Assembly (NCBI GenBank): GCA_052426225.1
Contig: JBNJNM010000023.1
Span: 744,001-808,000, forward strand
DNA: 64,000 bases
Direction: 5' to 3'
From: Zancudomyces culisetae HAW-14-8
Taxonomy: Eukaryota; Fungi; Kickxellomycota
This document shows positions 24,860 through 36,526 of this stretch, piece by piece. The translations under genes were made by a program, and so were the position numbers. Position 1 is the first letter of the stretch, and each line of letters begins with the position of its first letter. The notes under the pieces were generated by a model. That model saw only the letters and a program-made list of their open reading frames with translations. It ran no database searches and was not told the DNA's origin.

Positions 24860-25275
24860 CGTAATATAACGCCTACACAATTTTTACTAGCGAATCAATT
24901 ACTATATCTTAAGGTTATATCTCCTATGAGCTCAATCCAAAATAATATGATTATTGCTTATGATAGTTTAGATTGAATATTCGAACGATCATCGAATAAT
25001 TGGATAGCGGACAAATAAAATAGATTTAATCTTTTCTCAACCGAATTTACTTTACATTTGGGTAATAAATATTAGATATAGTATTGCTTCGACAAATTAT
25101 TATTACCACAATAATAAAAATAATATAACACACTTTATCGGCGAGCATAACTAGTTTAGTGATCCGAAACCAGGGTATAACTGACATAGTTAGTGCTAAC
25201 CCTAACACAACCACACATAAGCTGCAATATATATATATAACTTTTAAAATCTAATATATATTACGATATATTACA
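24860..25275 (+). repeat. Family H unit, diverged
   Basis: GTAATATAACGCCTACA start; AGTGATCCGA...ACTGAC motif; TATATTACA end. Confidence 0.75.
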
Positions 25276-25640
25276 ATTTATTGTGAATTAGCTATTTTTA
25301 CAAATATTCAGTTGTAGTATATAAGCTACTAAATTTAGTACGAATAAAATTGCATAAACTATGCAGAAGATAAATACCTATATGATCAAATAAATATATA
25401 GTTAAAACGATCTAAAATATAGTCGTGATGACAACAAACTAGTGGATTATTAAAGCTAACTGTCAGGAAACTAATTTATTTAAGTTGGGAAACTTAATGT
25501 TCCCAAGTTAGGATTCAAAGGTAATTAAATATAATTAAATATAAATATTAAAACTTATGGGTAAATAATGCGATTCTGACATTATCCCCCCTTCAAAGAA
25601 TATTTTAAATAAATAAAAATAATATCTTGGACAAAAATGT

Positions 25641-25907
25641 GAGCTTATAGTCGAGTGGCTAAGACGTCGAACTTGTATTCTGCAGGACCCTGGTTCGATC
25701 CTTCGCTGTAAGACCGTAATTGGGAAGTAATTAGCTGTAGAGTGGATGTGATGTTTCACGGGGCCAATGTGCGCGATAACGTCCTTCGGGACTAGTACCG
25801 GACCGTTTCACCTCTCCGATAACTCCTTCGGGATCTCGAGCAGTTAATTCGAATCACGTGATTGTGTGGCCCAAGACGTTAGTGCCCTCCTAAGTTCATT
25901 CTTTTTT
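25641..25907 (+). ncRNA. Candidate tRNA-headed Pol III structured RNA, antisense within the chromovirus 3' UTR
   Basis: A box TAGTCGAGTGG 25648-25658; B box GGTTCGATCC 25692-25701; two cUUCGg hairpins; first T6 run at 25902. Confidence 0.5.
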
Positions 25908-26030
25908 ATTTTTTCTTTTATAATTTTTTATGCTTTTTAGTTCTTTTTAGGTAGTTTTTATAGTTTTTATAGTTTTTTTTTTAAGTATTTAGGTATAATA
26001 TTGGTTAAATAATAAAATATAATGTTGCTC

Positions 26031-29000
26031 TTATGGTTTGTTGTGATATGTCTTATAGTATTTTTTCAATAGTTGAGGCGCGTTTATGTTTTCAATCGGC
26101 TCCCAGCTTCTTTCACTTATGTCAAAGCCTTTCCAATCAACCAAGTAATATTTTTTACCCCTAACAAGCTTAGAATCCAAAATAGCCTTAACTTCATATT
26201 CTTTATTTCCATTTATAATTAGGGGTGGAGGAGGACTGTCTATTAATCTGCGGTTACTGCTGGGTTCGATATACGGTTCCAATAACGAGACATGAAAAGT
26301 GTTATGGATTTTCATTGATGGCGGGAGGTCTAAACGGACAGAAACAGGATTGATAATTTTAGAGATGGTGAAAGGTCCTAGAAGTCTATGGTCAAGCTTT
26401 TTAGAAGGCCTTTGAGTTTTGATATTTTGGCTGGATAGCCAAACCTTGTCACCTAGTTTATACTTTGGATGTTCAGATCGGTTTACATCAGCATACTTTT
26501 TATATTCCTGAGATTTCTTGTTAAGTATGGAAGTGAGGGCTGATTGAAGTTCTTTAAGTTGTTTTATCCTATCAGAAGCGCTGGGAACTTGAACATTTTT
26601 AGTGATTTGAGGATCAAATCTTGGATGGTAACAATATAGAGCAAAGAAAGGAGAAGTATTAGTGCTGGAGTGGAGAGTGTTGTTATAAGCAAATTCGGCA
26701 ATTGGGAGCAGTTCAAACCAATTATCTTGCTGATAGTTGATGAAACAGCGTAGATACTGTTCCAATGTTTGATTCACCCGCTCCGTTTGACCGTCTGTCT
26801 CTGGATGAAAGGCTGTAGACATCCTAGTATCAACTTTGAGCAGTTTGAATAGTGAACTCCAAAATTTGGACGAGAATTGGGTTCCACGGTCTGAGATTAT
26901 GACGTCTGGAAGTCCATGAAGCTTAAATACATGTGTGAAAAATGTGGAGGCAGTTTCTTCTGAGGATGGCAGCTTCTTAAGCGGGATGAAATGGCTCATT
27001 TTAGTGAACCTGTCTACCACTACCATAATAGTAGTGTGCTTGTTGGATGGAGGAAGATCAGTTATGAAATCCATGGTGATAGATTTCCATGGGCCTGAGG
27101 GAGCGGGTAGCGGAAGTAGTTTACCGTAAACTTTGTGTCTTCTGTCCTTTGATCTATTGCATGTATCACAGATTTGAACAAACTCTTTAATAAATTTGCG
27201 CATTCCTGGAAACCAAAAGTCTCGTTCCACGAGCTCCAATGTCTTCTTAGCACCAAAATGGCCGGCTGGGCCACTGTCATGTCTAGAACTTACGACTTGC
27301 GGCTTCATTTTGTCGGGGACGACAACACGGTTTCCAAGCATTACAATCCCATCTTCAACTTCTACTGGCTCGTTAGACTTATGGCTGCTCTGGTATCTTG
27401 CGGCATCCAATAATCCTTGTAGATGGGCTTTGCTGGATTTGGCGATTTCTTGAGCAACATCACTGTCCACTATGCTGATAATGTCTATGAAGTGGTCTTC
27501 ACCTATGATGTTGTTGTTGGCGACCTTATCAGGTGTGTGATTGGGCAAACGAGAAAGAGCGTCAGGTTTGCCTCCTTGAGATCCAGGCCTGTAGGTTATG
27601 ATGAAGCTGAATCTACTGAGATCAAGAGACCACCTTGCGTGTCTTCTGTTGAGTGACTTCAGATTTTTAAAGGTCTCCAGATTCTTATGGTCAGTAAGAA
27701 TCTTGAACGGGATGGAGGAGCCTTCCAGATGATGTCGCCATTCTTTGAGAGCCTTGATGATTGTCAAAAGATCCTTGTCATAGATATTATAGTTGGATTC
27801 GGCAGTGTTGAGTTTGTAAGAGTAGTAGGCACAAGGACGGAGATCACCGTTTTCATCTTCTTGGGACAGAGCAGCCCCAATGGCGTAGTCTGAGGCGTCA
27901 GTTTTCAGAATAAACTGTTTTCCTGGGTCAGGGTATCTGAGAACGAGGGAAGTGGTGAGATCCTGGATAAGAGTATTAAAGGCTTCACCTGCCTCCTTAC
28001 TCCAAACGAACGGTGTATCCTTTTTCAGAAGTCTTGTGATTGGCAGGGCTTTCAGCGAGAAGTATGGGATAAACTTTCGGTAGTAATTGGCAAAACCGAG
28101 AAACTTCTGGACCTCCTTGACATTGGTGGGTGGTAGCCATTCCTTTACACACTTGAATTTAGCAGGATCGGTGGCTATTCCATCTGAAGACACAACATGG
28201 CCTAGAAATTCAACTTCCCTGATATGGAAGTGACATTTTTCGGCGTTACAGTACAGACCATTTTCAAGCAGCTTTTTCAGAACAGATTGCACGTGAGAGA
28301 TGTGAGTATCAGTGACATTGGAAAATATCAAGATGTCGTCAAGGTATGCAATTGCATAGAGATCCAATACATCTCGTAACACATCATTGATAAAGTGCTG
28401 AAAGGTGGCGGGAGCATTTGTCAAGCCAAATGGCATGACCTGGTACTCAAAGTGGCCATATCTGCACCTAAATGCAGTTTTCCACTCGTCACCTTCCTTG
28501 ATCCGCACCAAGTTGTAGGCACCTTTGAGATCCAATTTTGTAAAGACCTTGGCTGTACGCAGCCGATCGAACGCCTCATCAATCCTAGGTAATGGGTACC
28601 TATTCTTGATGGTAGCTTCGTTCAATCGGCGGTAGTCAACACAAAGGCGCAAGTCTCCAGACTTCTTCTTTACAAACATGATTGATGCACCAGCAGGGGA
28701 GACAGAGCGTCTGATGAAGCCATTGGTGAGGTTTTCACGGATGTAGCCTCTTAGAGACTCTAACTCTACTTCAGATAGCGGGTATATTGGCCCACAGTAT
28801 GGGGTGTAACCCTCTTTGGTGTTGACAGGACAGTCATAACGGCGGCGAGGAGAAAGTGAAACGGCAAACTTGGGATTGAACACTTCCTTGAATTCAGAGT
28901 ATATTACTGGAAGTTGCGGAAATTCTTACAAGTACTCTAGTGGGGACTCAGAAACGGCAAAAGTTACAGGATCTGGATCCAAGGAATATTCTGGCTCGGG

Positions 29001-29990
29001 GGTGGTGACTGGGGTATTTTTATGAAATGGCCGGGATCTGACGACTTGTTCTCTTGGCTCAATTTTCTTCAGGATTGCTTTGGGAAGTTCAGGTCTGAGT
29101 GGTACTTTTGGAACAGGGGTTACTGGACGACGGGGCTCAGGAATTTGCTTGACAACATGGTTATCTACTGGATTCTCAATAGCTGCGGGTTTGGGCAAAC
29201 TTTGGGTTTCAGGTTCTGGAGTGACTGATTGGACTGGTGCAGGAACAGGAACAGGAAGAATCTCTTCAATTCTGGCGTATGGATTTGACGGAGCTGGGCT
29301 GGGGAGATCAGGAGACGGAGGCGGTGAAAATCTTTGATTTTCAGTGTTTGAATCGTCCAACTTGACCGATTCGAGCAACTTGGCACTGTGTGGAAGCAGG
29401 GTAGTTGATAATCTATTCAACACCCTTTGGAGGATGGTTGGGTTTGTGGACGTATTCTGACTAATATTTTGTTCTACTGGATCTGGATCTGGTTCATCAG
29501 GTGACTTGAACACGGCCTGGATGGAGTGGGTATCAACACAATTTGTACTGCAAAAGTCAGAGTCGAAGTGGATCTGGAGGTCTGGCCAAGTTATACTAGG
29601 ATTGTGTTTGCGTAACCAGGGTAATCCAAAAATAATGTCAGCGTGATTGGTTGGAATCGGGATAAGGTCTAGGTGTTCAGAGTGGTTAGGACCGGACTTG
29701 ATATGGGCATTATCAACCTTGACATTTATGCCCCCTGGGTATATCTGGTGACCATCAACACTTTCTAGGACGATGGTTTTTTCAGCTTCTTTGGTTGGGA
29801 GGTTTAGTTTTTCTAATAAATCTTGACGAATAAAGTTGGCTGAAGCACCGGAGTCCGCTAATGCAACAAGTTCGTATAGATTATTTAAAACAACTTTAAT
29901 ATGAAATTTATTACTAGAAATATTAGAATTATTAGCTACGCTCAGGAGTAACTCCCGGACTACATCTGAGCACTGTCTTTTGGCACCCCA
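26031..29990 (-). pseudogene. pol (PR, Pro-rich spacer, RT, RNase H, IN, chromodomain) with one in-frame TAA at 28926-28928
   Basis: LADSGASANFI protease near 29850; YLDDI; GPF; EYEVKAILDS...YLVDWKG...SWEP chromodomain. Pol is in the -1 frame relative to gag. Start coordinate approximate. Confidence 0.9.
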
Positions 29991-30913
29991 GGTATAGGGG
30001 GTCTTGGCCTGCGGAGCGGACAGTTACGGAGAATGTGGTTCGGTTGACCACAGTATAGACAAAGATTATTGGCTAATCTTCTCTGACGTTCGGCTGTATC
30101 TAGCGGTGCTCTTGGACGGGAGGTGACGGCATCAACGTCCATTGGTTCAGGAGCCTGGTGATCTGGGACAGGCATGGCTGGACGGGGGAAGACCGGTGGA
30201 GCCGGAGTACTCCAGTTGCGGAATGGGACGCTTCTCTTGGGCAGGTAGGCACTGCGGGCATTGATTCTGTTCTCAAGCTCAATCACCTGATCAATGAGCT
30301 GGTCCAAGGTGTTTGGTAGCGGTTCAGTGGCAAGGCGCTGGACAAGGCTAGTATCCAATCCGATGTAAAACAGGTGAATTTTGGCTGGCTCGTTGAATCC
30401 ACTGAGAGAGGCGAGGTTTCTGAACTCGGTTGCAAATTCCAGGACGGAACGCTGGGACTGGCGGCAACTATGAAGCTGGGTGATAGCTCGGGCTTGGTGG
30501 CCAGGATCTGAGAATCTCTTTTGAAATTCATTCTCAAACCCTTTGAAATCTGAGAGCAACGGTGATTGGGTATCGATAAGGTTATCGAACCACAGGGCAG
30601 CATGACCGGCAAGGTGAGAACTGATGAACCATATCTTGTTATGGTCACTCTGGAACACGTCTGGTCTGGCCCAGAACTGGCGCTTGATCTCGGCAGTGAA
30701 GGCTCGGAACCTTCCTGATTCTCCTGAGTATTTCTGGATTTCTGGTATTCTGATACATTCAATCCTTGGCTGCGGATTTGGTGCAGGCAAATTCTGCAAC
30801 TGACTGGGGACTTGGGCGGGTGTCTGGGCTTGAGCCTGGGCTTGAGCTTGACTATCTTGCAAAGCTTGTTGCATAGCTAATTTTGCGATCTCATCTAATT
30901 GGTGGACCATCAT
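29960..30913 (-). CDS. Gag (PEG10/sushi-like capsid with CCHC)
   Basis: PEPMDVD, LCLYCGQPNHILRNC and QSQRSVLEFATEF motifs. Confidence 0.93.
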   Translation of the reverse strand: MMVHQLDEIAKLAMQQALQDSQAQAQAQAQTPAQVPSQLQNLPAPNPQPRIECIRIPEIQKYSGESGRFRAFTAEIKRQFWARPDVFQSDHNKIWFISSHLAGHAALWFDNLIDTQSPLLSDFKGFENEFQKRFSDPGHQARAITQLHSCRQSQRSVLEFATEFRNLASLSGFNEPAKIHLFYIGLDTSLVQRLATEPLPNTLDQLIDQVIELENRINARSAYLPKRSVPFRNWSTPAPPVFPRPAMPVPDHQAPEPMDVDAVTSRPRAPLDTAERQRRLANNLCLYCGQPNHILRNCPLRRPRPPIPGVPKDSAQM

Positions 30914-31069
30914 TAACTATTCAACCAATAATTAGAAGTTTCCCAAAATGTCAGGAAACTAATTTATTTAAGTTGGGAAACTTTATGTTCCCAAGTTAGG
31001 ATTCAAAGGTAATTAAATATGATTAAAAATAAATATTAAAACTTATGGGTAAATAAAGCGATTCTGACT

Positions 31070-33223
31070 GGAATACAGCTTTCCAATACCAATTATTTCT
31101 TTTTGTTTGCTTTTGGATTTTGGTTTTTCAGTTTTCAATGATAAGGTAAGCACACTTGCTCCTTTAGGTATTAAGTTCACTATTATATAGGTCTACTACC
31201 GCTTTGTGTCATTTCAACCAGTCGACTCCTAGTATCAGTAAATCGTCTCGATTCTTAATGACCACTAGATCACCTACTAACTTATTTCCTTCAATTAATA
31301 TAGGCACATTGGTAACAACATCACCTGCTAAGTGTTGCTTGCCGTCGGCTGTTATTATAGTTTGAGGTATTACTATATCTGGTTTTAGTCCTACTCGGTT
31401 CATAGCTGCATCCGAGATGACACTGCATGCGGCGCCGGTATCTACTACCGCCCAATACTGTTTGTCTTTAATGAATACAGATAGCTTACAGTTGGTAGTG
31501 ATCATGTTTTTTCCAATTAAGTTGACTTCAGCATTCGAATCTGGTCTCTTCAACATTTCAAACATTTTATTACGCACTTCGGGTGCGACCTCTAGCAACT
31601 GTGCTATTGTTATACACGTAGGAATCCTGTTAAAACCTCCTATATAGAGTAAGTATTTCCTATTGACCCGTCACTGCTAATATTGATTCTCCTTAATACA
31701 GCTGCTCTGTTTGGTTGTTCTTCTGCTTGGGTAGATAAATTGCTCTCCATTACATTTGGCCCTTTTTGGTTTCCTGCAGATCTGTTTCTTAATCTTTTGT
31801 TTGAGCTTTCAGGTAAATTTTCTCCTCTTCTTTTGTCAGCAATAAATAAATCATGATTATTATGTTCAGCACTCTCTGCATCGAAATTTCCCACTTCTGA
31901 ATCTAAGGTGCTTATTTCCTCAACCTCCAGGTATCCAACGTCTTTTATATCTGATAAGACATTACTTTCGGCTTCTTTTGTATCTTTTCTAGTAGGTTGT
32001 GGTGGTTGTCTACATGCGCGTGTAGAGTGTCCATCACGTCCACAATTATAGCAGCGAAGGTCTCTTCGGTCTCTCCAACTTTCTGCCGTTTGTCTTGGGT
32101 AAGTGTCCCTTTGCTTTAAACTTTCTTTCATACTGTTAAGGACGTCAACCCTCATCTCATCGAACTTCTTTAGCATCAACTCGATCAATCGTTCTTCCAT
32201 ATTCACAGGATTATTTCCTCCATTTCTCTGTGAATTTGTTGTCTGCCTATCGCTTAGTCACAACAAAGCTTCAACTTCTTCTTCTGTTATAATTGCTACT
32301 ATCTCATCTACTGCTGTTTTTTTACTTATTATAGAAAGTTCATAGTTTTTATTGTTTATTGAGTGTAAAAATTATTTATATTGAATATCAGAGTCAGTGA
32401 CATTAGCTTGTAAAAATAGTTGTTGAATTCTCTTGAAGAAATCAGATATTTTTTCATTTGCTTCCTGCTTAACATTTTGCAACTCTCTCCACTTAACCAT
32501 CTCATAGTTACTTCCATTGAATTTGCCCAAAAATCTTTCTTTAATTTGTTCTAAGTTTACAAGATGTAATTTGATCTTCATACCAAGATGCGGCAACTCC
32601 TTCGAGGAACCATTCCATAATGTTGATTAGATCCTCATCTGTCCAATTCATCTTTTTACCAATTAATACATATCTTCGCATCCATTTGGTAGAGTTGTCT
32701 GAATCACTTCTAGTATAAGTATCTGGCTCATAAAATTTTAATGTTAATGGGTTAGTTGTAACTTGTTCTACCTTGGGTACTGGTGGATCACTTTTTTCTT
32801 GTTTTCGCCCCACATCGGGAGCCAATTTTGTCATACGTTAAAAACTCAACTGTGATTACATAGTTATTTTTAGTTATTAATATTTATATTGTGGTTACGA
32901 ATAAATTAGTGAATAAATGTTGCTGTTCCTAGAGTGGAAATTGAGTGATTTTTATACTCAATTCCACCAGTAAATAAAACGTATTTAGTAGATACTATTA
33001 AAATATCAAAGTAAATAAAAGTAAAATAATTAATATGGTTTATATTTAAAATGTAAGGATTTCCCAACTAGATTGTAGGTGGACAATAGTAGTAGATTGA
33101 CAAAACCGTCTCCGGAGAAAGGTCAATCACTACATTGTACTGATTGTTGCGGTCAAGGTAGGTAAATTATGATTTTCAGTGATTAACGCTATGATAGGTT
33201 GTAGTCGTATTTTAGGTTCAACA
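31070..33223 (-). mobile_element. Ty3/gypsy retrotransposon #4, 3'-truncated and decayed
   Basis: LTR 32829-33223; PBS TGGCTCCCGATGTGGGG; fragmented gag (CYNCGRDGHSTRAC) and protease (DTGAACS); cut off at the chromovirus LTR. Confidence 0.88.
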
Positions 33224-33227
33224 AAAA

Positions 33228-33683
33228 TGTTATATAGTGGCTAATACTACCTCTAGACATTATTTAATAATATCTTACCAATTACATATTTATTTCTATA
33301 TATTAATATTTAGGTTTATCAATTAATATAAGTTAATATTTATTATAGGTTATTTAGTATATTATGTGTTGCCTAGTTTTTTTTATCCTTCTGGATTTTT
33401 TCTACAGCAACATCCTAGATTATTATTAATAATTAGTATAGTTTTAAGTTTAAAATATATTTAGGTTATATGTTTAATAGTTGTTTTAAAAAAGTATAAA
33501 TATGATAGTTATTCAGATAGTTTAAACATCATCAAATATACACGTAAAATACAAGTTTGGTCTATTTATTAAAGTTATAGTTACTATAGTGAAAACTTAA
33601 CAACATTAGTACATAGTATAGTTTTTCTTCAAATTAATATATTTTTTACATAATAGCGAACTGGAACCTGGAATTCGCTAACA
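33228..33683 (+). repeat. Solo-LTR-like unit, family A
   Basis: Homologous to 15250-15709; TGTTA...TAACA. Confidence 0.8.
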
Positions 33684-33687
33684 AAAT

Positions 33688-33952
33688 TGTTGTATGCAAA
33701 ATAGAATGTTTGCATACTATTGGTTAATTTTATAGTTAGTAATTTTAAAAGTTTTTCTAGTAAAATTTAGTATTTAAGAAATTATTATTTTGAATCTTAA
33801 ATAAATTGTCAAATTTTGACCCGTATAAATGTTCCGGTTCCATTTATATGTATTACTAGAAAGTGGTAACTTGTTTAAAGGGTTAAACCCAGTCTAGTGA
33901 TACCACCCCTCTAGTAGAACCAGTTAGAAATCATAATAAATTGAATCTAACA
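33688..33952 (+). repeat. Solo-LTR-like unit, family B
   Basis: TGTTG...TAACA with TSD AAAT. Confidence 0.75.
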
Positions 33953-33957
33953 AAATA

Positions 33958-34288
33958 TGTCGTATGAGAATACGACGCTAGTTATTTTTAATTTAAATTA
34001 TTGAGTTTTATTAATATTCGTATAGTTAGCTGAGATTGTACCTTTTTCCCCTTGTGGTTTTTGTCAATCAATATTTTTAGTCATTAAGTAGAATAACATT
34101 TAATTTTATTATCGAAGATAATTCAGGGTATAGGAGAATGCCCTCAACAAAAATGAATAAAATAATCTTTTAATCACATAATATAATAATAAGTTATAAT
34201 AGTATTAAACAAATAAGAAAATACACAAACCATACTTAAAAAAAATATAAATAATAAACAAACATTAGAGTTTTATAGTTCTACAACA
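33958..34288 (+). repeat. Solo-LTR-like unit, family C variant
   Basis: TGTCGTATGA...TACAACA, TSD AATA; shares CCTTTTTCCCCTTGTGGTTTTTGT with 14916-15244. Confidence 0.8.
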
Positions 34289-34292
34289 AATA

Positions 34293-34981
34293 TGTTGTAT
34301 GCTTAGTTCTATCCAAGCTAAACTATTGGATAAACAGCATACAGCTTCTCAAACACCGAATAACCACCGTTATCCTGGGTGTTCGAGCTAGTAATCTGGG
34401 ATTACTAGGGTGAAATTATCACCCAAAAAGTGAGTCAATATTAAGTTTTAATTGTTTTATTTTAAGTTTCTATTATATAAAGTTCTAATAAAATAGCTAG
34501 TCAGGTACTAGTATATTACTAGTAACCCCACCACAAGTTTGGTGGTTATATCTTTTTATTTTTAAAAGTTATTCATTAAATATAATACAAATTAGCTCTA
34601 AAATACTTGATTTTACTCTATAAAATTGAAATTTGTGATTTGAGCAAAAACCTACTTAAAACCAAAATAAAACATAGGTAGTGAAACGTAACACAATTTT
34701 CAAAGGGTATCAGAAAGGTATCAGAGTCTAATTTTTGGACCAAAATTAATTGTTTTGCACACCAAATTTTAGGAATTGGGCGTAATTTTACCCAGTTTTA
34801 TCGCATTTATTGAAGTAATAAATACATAAAACTAAATTAAATATAAGCTAAAAAGGTAGGGTTGACTGGTTAAATAAAGTAAAACTTATTCCAGTAACAA
34901 TCCCCCTCTATTAGCAGAACTTTTTGTAGGTTTAGTTGCGGAAATTTTGTGAGAAATTTTCTGCAAATTAAAATTACAACA
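34293..34981 (+). repeat. Solo-LTR-like unit, family D
   Basis: Near-identical to 13873-14559. Confidence 0.85.
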
Positions 34982-34988
34982 ATAAACG

Positions 34989-35749
34989 TGTCGCATAATG
35001 TGAAGTATCACTACTTCCATTAGCGCTACCATCACGTGTTATACCGGTTCTGGTACGATCACTGATGGTTGATGCACTTCTATTGCGTAATGCAATGTGC
35101 ATCGAGGGGTGCTCGGGTGAGCTAATACCCCTGTACAGTGTCGGTGAAATTGTACTCACCGACATTTCTTCCGGGCTCCTACGGATCTGGAGTTGACGGA
35201 CACTTTCTGTCAACTCACCAAGGGTGCGGGGACTTAATACCCCTGCATCCTGATCCATGCTGCTGCCCCTGCTCATGCTGGTAAAAGTGTGTGACTCCCT
35301 CCTGGAGTCACATTCGGTTCCAATCCAACTGTTTAAAAACATTATTGCTAATTTATCTTTTGGTTTATATTTGATTTTATTTAATTATATTTTCTTTATT
35401 CCGTATCGAGACATGGATGAGGTTTTCATGTGTCATCCATACGTCTCCTTTAATATACTATTCGAATGTTAAACCACTATATAAAACTAAATACTAAAAT
35501 ATGACTATTGTTATAATATTATTAATAATTTGTTTGTTATTAATGATAAATGTAAAATGCATGGGATCATTTTACATTTTACATTCATCATTATTGAACT
35601 AGCTCAGTATGAAAAATTGATTGCATACTGAGCTCGAAATTATTTGAATTTATTTAAAAAAAGTAAACAAAAATGAATTTGCATTTTCGCACTGAGTGTA
35701 CCATTTTCAGGCACATCCACGTGCTATTGTACAAATTGTTAATAATGTG
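34989..35749 (-). mobile_element. Family E unit (inverted); terminal bases displaced to 36518-36524
   Basis: Reverse complement of 36527-37290; ORF from 35342 runs off the element end. Confidence 0.88.
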
Positions 35750-36517
35750 TGTCGAATGATTAAAACTATTAAACTACTATTAATGCATGGATATACATTT
35801 CCATATTTTAATAGTTTGATTAAAACTGGACATAATTTAAAAAATTAAGAAAATGAAAATTAATGGACTCAGCATGAAATTAATTCTTCATACTGCGTCC
35901 ATTCAATAATGAAAAATGTAGTATGAGAAATGTTCACATACATGTTCATACTACATCAATATTATCAAACCAAAATATTATTTTATTAGTATACCTTATC
36001 ATGTTTATAGTCTATTTGGAGAACATAATGATTTTATAGTTTATATTTAAAGGATACATGGTGGAAAAGAAACCATCATCCATGTCCTACCATACGGATT
36101 AGTAATAAAGATTATCTAAATAAAGATTTTTAAACAGCAAAAATAAAAGTAAAAAAAAAATAATGATCAACTATCTTTTTGGTACAGGTGCGAATGAATC
36201 TAGGAGAGATTCATCCATCTCATCAAACAGCACCAGGGGCAGTAGCATGGACCAAGAGACAGGGGTGTTAAGCCCCCGAACACTTGGGGAGTTGACGGAA
36301 AGTGTTCGTCAACTTCGAATCCGTAGAAGCCCGGAGTCAATGTCCGTGAGTACTATCTCACCGACATTGTATAGGGATAAAAGCTCAACTGAGCCTCCCT
36401 TGATGCACATCACGCTACGGGGTAGCAGTGCATCAATATCCAGTGATTATACCCGAACCGGTATGTCACGTGCAGAGACTAGTATTCAGAACTGTCAGGC
36501 TTTTGAATACTTCGACA
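35750..36517 (+). mobile_element. Family F unit (diverged relative of E)
   Basis: TGTCGAA...TTCGACA, TSD TGTG; ORF from 36163 homologous to the E ORF. Confidence 0.85.
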
Positions 36518-36526
36518 TGTGACAAC

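Larger units (their letters stand above)
25461..31069 (-). mobile_element. Chromovirus (Tf1/Tf2/sushi-like gypsy) with 121-bp LTRs
   Basis: LTRs 25461-25581 and 30949-31069; PPT GAAGGGGGGATAA on the minus strand; gag plus pol with a C-terminal chromodomain; no matching TSD. Confidence 0.95.

Noticed and set aside
25641-25715. Functional tRNA gene
   Set aside because: Acceptor, anticodon and T stems pair poorly and there is no terminator right after it. Kept only as a tRNA-derived promoter head.
28926-28928. Programmed stop-codon readthrough between protease and RT
   Set aside because: A single TAA with no readthrough context is more simply a nonsense mutation. Other copies are needed to be sure.
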